DNA of 64,000 bases from Amoebophrya sp. A120 (Eukaryota; Protista; Dinoflagellata): positions 5,598,757 to 5,662,756 of the forward strand of contig CAJINV010000001.1 in assembly GCA_905178155.1 (NCBI GenBank), read 5' to 3'. The notes below the pieces were generated by a model. It had not been told where the DNA came from. It saw only the letters and a list, made by a program, of their open reading frames with translations, and searched no databases. This document shows, piece by piece, positions 58,996-64,000 of this stretch (its first letter is position 1; each line of letters opens with the position of its first letter). The translations under genes and the position numbers were made by a program.

Positions 58996-61569
58996 TTACG
59001 ACAGCGTCATACTTCCTTCTTCGGGCGGGTGCACGGTTTCGCACACCCGCATCAATCGCTTGAAGACCTGCAAGTACCTTCTCGACTCCTCGTTGTTCAG
59101 CATGCCGCGGAACTTCAGGTCCACCTTGTGTGCGTCGAAGGTCTCGACGCGCTGGTAGGTCGCCCCGCGCGGTCGTTTGTAAATACGCGTTCTCCCGACC
59201 GTGGCGTTCGCGGCGTTCCCGATCACCAACTCGACGTACCGCGCCGTGGCTTCGCGGTACAGCTTCTGGTCGCAAAGCGTGACCATCTTGTCCAACAAAT
59301 CCACCGACTCGTTTTCCTCCACGCCCAGCTCCGTTTCTTTCTTCCGCTTGTCCCGGTACGCGGTCGAGGTGAACAGCTCCTGCTTCGCCCACTCCTTCAA
59401 CTTTTTCAGCAGCGGTTGGATGTCCTTCCGACTCTGCTCGAAGATCGCGGTCTGCAACTTCCCCTCCTGCGACTCCTTCTCGTCCTGGGGGCGGGCGAGC
59501 AAATTTTCCGCCCAAATCTGCCACATCTTCTTGATCCACTTGCGCACCCGGTACTCCTTCGAGTTCTTCCAGGTTTGCTTCACGTCCGACGGGTCCACGT
59601 ACTCCCCGGTTGCTGCGTCCTTTTTTTCGTCCTCCACCGACTGGACCGGGAGGTACGGCCGCGCGTTCCACTTGTTTGGGTCGTTGGAGTCCGCGGACCG
59701 GATGGTTTTCATGGCCTCCTCGTGCAACGCGCGGATCGCCGGGTTCGCCGCGTCCTCCTCGTCCTGCTTCAAACCCGCGTCCACGTCCTGCTTTCCCTTG
59801 ATCGCGCGCTTCAAATCCAGGATCTTTTTGTCGCGTTCCCGCAATTTTCCCTCTTCCTGTTCGCGGTGGATCACGTTCCCGATGTGCGCGCCGCCGGACA
59901 GGATGCGGCCGCCGCTGTACCACTCCCCGATCTCCCGTTTTTTGCCGTCCACCTTCCCGCGCTCCTGCTCAATCTCCTCCGGCTTCACATCCCCGTCCAA
60001 GACCGCCTTCAGCCCCTTCAGCGGGTTCTTCTGCAGTTCGAGAGATGTGACGTACGCGTCCTTCTCATCCACCTTCTGGTCCGCCTCATCGGACGAACTC
60101 GTGTCGTCTGACAGCTCGGTTTTCGGGTTCAGCGCCGCGTCGTCTTCGGCGTCGAGTAGATCGTGCACAGACGCGGTGCCACCACCGCCCGCTGTCGCCT
60201 TTCCGGACAAAGACTTCCGCTTCTTGTCCAAGGTCGCAAACTTCGCGGCCGCGTCCTCGTCGTCCTTCAGAGTCAAATCGTTGTCGTCGTCCATCACGGA
60301 CCGCAACACCCGCTGGAAGAAGTTCGCCTGGCCCGAGGACCGCTCTTCGCCTTGCGCCGCGATGTCGCGCTGCAGGAGCTGCAACCGACGCAGCCGATCC
60401 TTGTCCGACTCGCCGAAAAGGGTGACCGGCTGGTGCAGTTTCCGCAACTTCGCCTTAATTTCCGCGGGGGAGAGCAAGTCGTTCTTCGCCGCGCCCCCGA
60501 CAGACAAGAGTTTCAGACTGACCGCGCCGACCTGCATGGTGGGCTCCGCGCCGTCCTCCACCTGCAGGTAACTGTGCAGCAGCTTGTTGCTGTTCGTGAT
60601 GTTCTTCGCTATGCGGGAGGACGCACTGGCGGCGGTGGACTTGGACTCCGCGACTTTTGTCTGAATCGGATCCGCCGCGACATTGATGTTCGGTAAAGCC
60701 GCGCCCCCGCCCCCGACGTTCCCGGCTTTGCCGAGAAGAAATTTTGCCGTGAAGGAGTTCACGTCGAAGGCGCTGTCGGAAGTAGAAGTCGAGGTTGATG
60801 AATCAGCGACTGCGACAACCGCGCCAGCATGCTTGTTGGACGCGTTGTTCTCACTGTCGTCGTCAGGAAGAAGCTTTTCCTTCGTCGCTGTGGACGAACT
60901 GCCGTCGGCGGGGATGAGCTTTGTGTCAGAAAGCTGGACCGGTTTGTCTTTTTTACTGGCGCCTGATGCTGCCGCTATTGATGTGGACGGGGTATTCATC
61001 TTTGCGTCGTTTTTAATTGCGAGCCCTGCTGCTCCGGCAGAAGCTTTATTATCCTCCAGTGCAGGAACAACTGCAGCGGTAGTTTTAATATTCTTCGACT
61101 TCTTCCCGTCCAGATCGTCCTCGAAGGATCGAAACCCCTCGGTTTGCTCGCCGCCTTGTGCCGCCAACATGCGCTGGCGCTCCTCCTCCTGGCGCCGCAG
61201 TTGCGCAATCCGCTCGGCGTCTTCCAACATTTCCTTGGTCACGGGGCCGGTTTTGGTCGGGAAGTACTCGGTGTACAGTTTTGTTAGCGCCTCTGCCTCC
61301 TTGCCCTCCTTCTCGTTCTCCTTTTCGATCCGCTTCTCAATCTTCTCCTGCTCCTCCGCCGCGGCCACCTCGCCGACGTTTTCCTGTTTGGTGAACACCG
61401 GCGGTGCGGCGGCCAGCTTCCCCTTCAACGTGCTCTTGTCCGGCCGGCCCTCGTTCATTTTCGCTTTCTTCTCCTTCATCACGGCTTTTAGGTCGAACAT
61501 GCCGGGTAATTTCTTCTTGTCGCCACCCCGACCGGGGTTCTTGTCGCCGCCCCCGCCGAAAGATCTCAT
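58996..61569 (-). CDS. PRP18: Pre-mRNA splicing factor Prp18 homolog, 857 aa, long low-complexity N-terminus, divergent conserved loop
   Basis: PRP4-like motif EIKAKLRKLHQPVTLFGESDKDRLRRL. Prp18 domain: QSRKDIQPLLKKLK, YREATARYVELVIGNA, LNNEESRRYLQVFKRLMRVCETVHP. Confidence 0.85.
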   Translation of the reverse strand: MRSFGGGGDKNPGRGGDKKKLPGMFDLKAVMKEKKAKMNEGRPDKSTLKGKLAAAPPVFTKQENVGEVAAAEEQEKIEKRIEKENEKEGKEAEALTKLYTEYFPTKTGPVTKEMLEDAERIAQLRRQEEERQRMLAAQGGEQTEGFRSFEDDLDGKKSKNIKTTAAVVPALEDNKASAGAAGLAIKNDAKMNTPSTSIAAASGASKKDKPVQLSDTKLIPADGSSSTATKEKLLPDDDSENNASNKHAGAVVAVADSSTSTSTSDSAFDVNSFTAKFLLGKAGNVGGGGAALPNINVAADPIQTKVAESKSTAASASSRIAKNITNSNKLLHSYLQVEDGAEPTMQVGAVSLKLLSVGGAAKNDLLSPAEIKAKLRKLHQPVTLFGESDKDRLRRLQLLQRDIAAQGEERSSGQANFFQRVLRSVMDDDNDLTLKDDEDAAAKFATLDKKRKSLSGKATAGGGGTASVHDLLDAEDDAALNPKTELSDDTSSSDEADQKVDEKDAYVTSLELQKNPLKGLKAVLDGDVKPEEIEQERGKVDGKKREIGEWYSGGRILSGGAHIGNVIHREQEEGKLRERDKKILDLKRAIKGKQDVDAGLKQDEEDAANPAIRALHEEAMKTIRSADSNDPNKWNARPYLPVQSVEDEKKDAATGEYVDPSDVKQTWKNSKEYRVRKWIKKMWQIWAENLLARPQDEKESQEGKLQTAIFEQSRKDIQPLLKKLKEWAKQELFTSTAYRDKRKKETELGVEENESVDLLDKMVTLCDQKLYREATARYVELVIGNAANATVGRTRIYKRPRGATYQRVETFDAHKVDLKFRGMLNNEESRRYLQVFKRLMRVCETVHPPEEGSMTLS

Positions 61570-62245
61570 GCTGGGTGGATTCGTGGATTTCTATGCTTAC
61601 TTCTCGTAGGGCTGATAGGTGAAACTTTTTGCTTGGTGGAAGTGGAGCTACAGTTACTGCAATGTTGCTACATTTTCATCGACAGAGCCGGCAATTGGAA
61701 TCAAGTCGTTATTCTACTCGCTAGATATCAAACAGCATGCTCCACTGATTTCCTCTTTGATACTACATAAAGTTGCTGAGTGACACTGACACTGTCATTC
61801 CTTGCGGTCGGATGAATCAAGGTACATTGTGAAGAAAAATCAAAATCAACCATGACAAAACATGATCCGCGTGGGAAAGCCATCGTTGATCTGCCGGATC
61901 TCAACAATTTTTTGACTCATGCTTTTGAACGAGCAGAGCGAAGCCGGATTAGCACCATTTCGAGATCTTTAGAAGCAACATCTAGCACAAAACAGAAAAA
62001 GTTAAACTAGAGGATCTGAAAAACGGGAAAGGTCAGTAGAAGTTCACAGCTTTTTGAGATCGCCGGGAACACGTGCCTGCTGAGCAAGTGCTTATAATTC
62101 ATTGCAACTTTCTTGTGGACAAGCAGTGGCGCTGCAGTTTTTCATACGAAAAAAAATTCGGGCACGGGAGATCCATATTTTTGCGCGCATACTTTACAAA
62201 ACGCCCATCGGGTTCAATCATCGGGGGATCTTCTCCATGACCCGT

Positions 62246-63618
62246 CTACAGATCATCCTGTTCCTCATCGGAGACTTCTTCGCTATCAGAAACTTCCTCG
62301 CTATCGGAAGCCTCCTCGCTATGATCGGAAGCTTCCTCGTTGTGGGAAACATCCTTCCCGTCCTGCGAGTCCTGTAAGCCGTATCCGTCTAGCGCTTCGC
62401 CCACTAGGTCGTTCTCTTCCTCAGAGTCGCTCGGTCCTTAACCTTCTTGCTCCTTGAAAACTAGCCGAAACTCAATGGCGTGCTCCTTGGTGAAAGGAAG
62501 AGGCAAGCCATTCTCTTCGCGCTTCTTCGTTATTAGTTTGAGGAAGTCCATAAATTTAAACCCATTCAAGTCCCCGAGCTCCGGAGCTTCCTCGCAGAAC
62601 CACTGGGCGTCACAGGCAGTGTCCAGCTGTCGGCAGAGCTTCCATTGCTTGCGCTTCACGAACACTTTCCGGAGCGTGTCGCTTATTCGACACTGACATG
62701 TATTCAGACTGTCACCCCAGTAGCCGTCCGCCCGCGCAAAGAGCAGAATCCAAGATGGAATCTCCTCTTGTGATAGCTCCTGCCATGTGTCTTCGAGGCG
62801 AATTCACGCAGCCATTTGCAATCCCACAACGAATGTACCAAATCGGGAACATCATCCAGTGGTGTTGGCGGTTCGTTATCCTCGTCATAATCTGCCCGAA
62901 GTAAGACTCTCGGGAGTGCAGTAGAATCCTGACCCTCCGCGATCACTTCGTCTGAGAAACCATGGATAATTTTGACCGCGATCGGAGCAACATCAAAAAG
63001 CTTCATCACTCTGTCCTGTGTATTGAGATTCTCAATAAAAGCGCCACATGATCTTGGCCGGTAGCTACCAAACATGCCACCTAGTCCCTCGCCGAGGACG
63101 AAGTGCTTGCTTACAGGTTTGTATGCCTTCGTACATTGCTCTTGCAATGCGTCTCTCCATCTGCTTGCCTCACTTCGCAGACGCAACACGACTTCCGCTG
63201 AAAATCGCTGTAGCGCGTCGCAGTACTTTTCGGACGATGACGGATTTTTCAACTCCGGCCCGAGTTCCGTTGCCTTCAAGACCAGTGCCTCGTCGAGACG
63301 CTTCCTCGCACGCTTCAAAAATTGGACGGGCCCTCTGTCATCATCCGGCAAAACGCAAACCCTGTCGGTTTTCAGAAACAGCCGCTTGCTTTCTTTTTCA
63401 CAGCCGCCCGATTCCCTTGTCGTCCAAACCTCGTCGAAACCTCTTCCAGCGGCAACCGCAGCGTCGAATTCCGAACGTGTGAACAGCATGGCATCCTCCT
63501 TCAACTTGAAAGCGCGTGGGAGTTGCCAAGTCTTCAGGACTGGCTTGTCGTCCAGAAATTGCGAAGATGCTGATTCTGCGGCTTCCATTTTTTTGTGAGC
63601 TGTGGGATTCTGCAGCAA
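62246..63618 (-). pseudogene. Unknown protein, probably disrupted (frameshift near 62800, in-frame TAA at 62438-62440, then an acidic tail)
   Basis: The 304-aa ORF overlaps a second open frame (IRLEDTWQELSQEEIPSWILLF...KEQEG). After the TAA that frame continues as SDSEEEND...SEEVSDEEQDDL*. Confidence 0.45.
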
Positions 63619-64000
63619 AAAACGAGCGGCGAGGAGCGCAAGAGTGAGTATGAATCAAACAGATACAACAGACAGGTCTCCAAAAGATACAGCCGCTGAC
63701 GACGCACAAACCTCAGTATGTCTTAGAGCACTCACATACTTCATTTCGATTCCTTTTCCTGGCCAGAAACGCAGAGCCCGAAATAAATTTTCTACGACAA
63801 AGGATCCAGTAAAGCAGTTGAGTTTGCTGGCGAAGATCACGATCAGTAGTTTTCAGCTTCTTCTTTCTACGGAACACTCCTGGAGGGACGCTTCATTACC
63901 TTCACCTTTCTGAAAGAAAAAGACTCGGAGCTTCAGTTTTGCATACTCCAAAAAGAGTAGAAGGAATTAGTATTTGACTCAGATCCATATGCATGGTTTT

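Noticed and set aside
59029-61609. Long plus-strand ORFs (360, 456 and 308 aa), and similar ones elsewhere
   Set aside because: Antisense shadows of GC-rich minus-strand genes with no recognisable motifs
1-64000. tRNA, rRNA, spliced-leader relics, autonomous transposase or reverse transcriptase
   Set aside because: None recognised by eye; a covariance-model and HMM search would be needed to exclude them

Overview
Eukaryotic, intron-containing genomic DNA. Every supported gene (about 11) lies on the minus strand. Three things suggest a parasitic syndinian dinoflagellate such as Amoebophrya (inference): the one-strand gene cluster, short GT-AG/GC-AG introns mixed with non-canonical ones, and an inverted-repeat/direct-repeat introner. 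Contents from left to right: (1) a tandem array of at least three giant (~4,000 aa) DUF6606/DUF3638/DUF3645-type P-loop proteins (<1-2970, 4844-18941, 20083-34116) whose motifs look like a SecA-type SF2 motor; the 20-34 kb copy has extra, partly non-canonical introns. (2) A sedoheptulose-1,7-bisphosphatase gene whose 3.5 kb last intron is filled by a foldback-like element with nested inverted repeats, (CG)n arms and a candidate 9-bp target-site duplication (TSD). (3) An ankyrin protein. (4) Two tandem intronless genes ending in a near-identical TET/JBP-like 2OG-Fe(II) dioxygenase domain. (5) ATG7. (6) GRASP. (7) A Prp18 splicing-factor homolog whose normally near-invariant loop is replaced. 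(8) A probable pseudogene. All calls come from motif recognition and manual paralog comparison; no database search was run.
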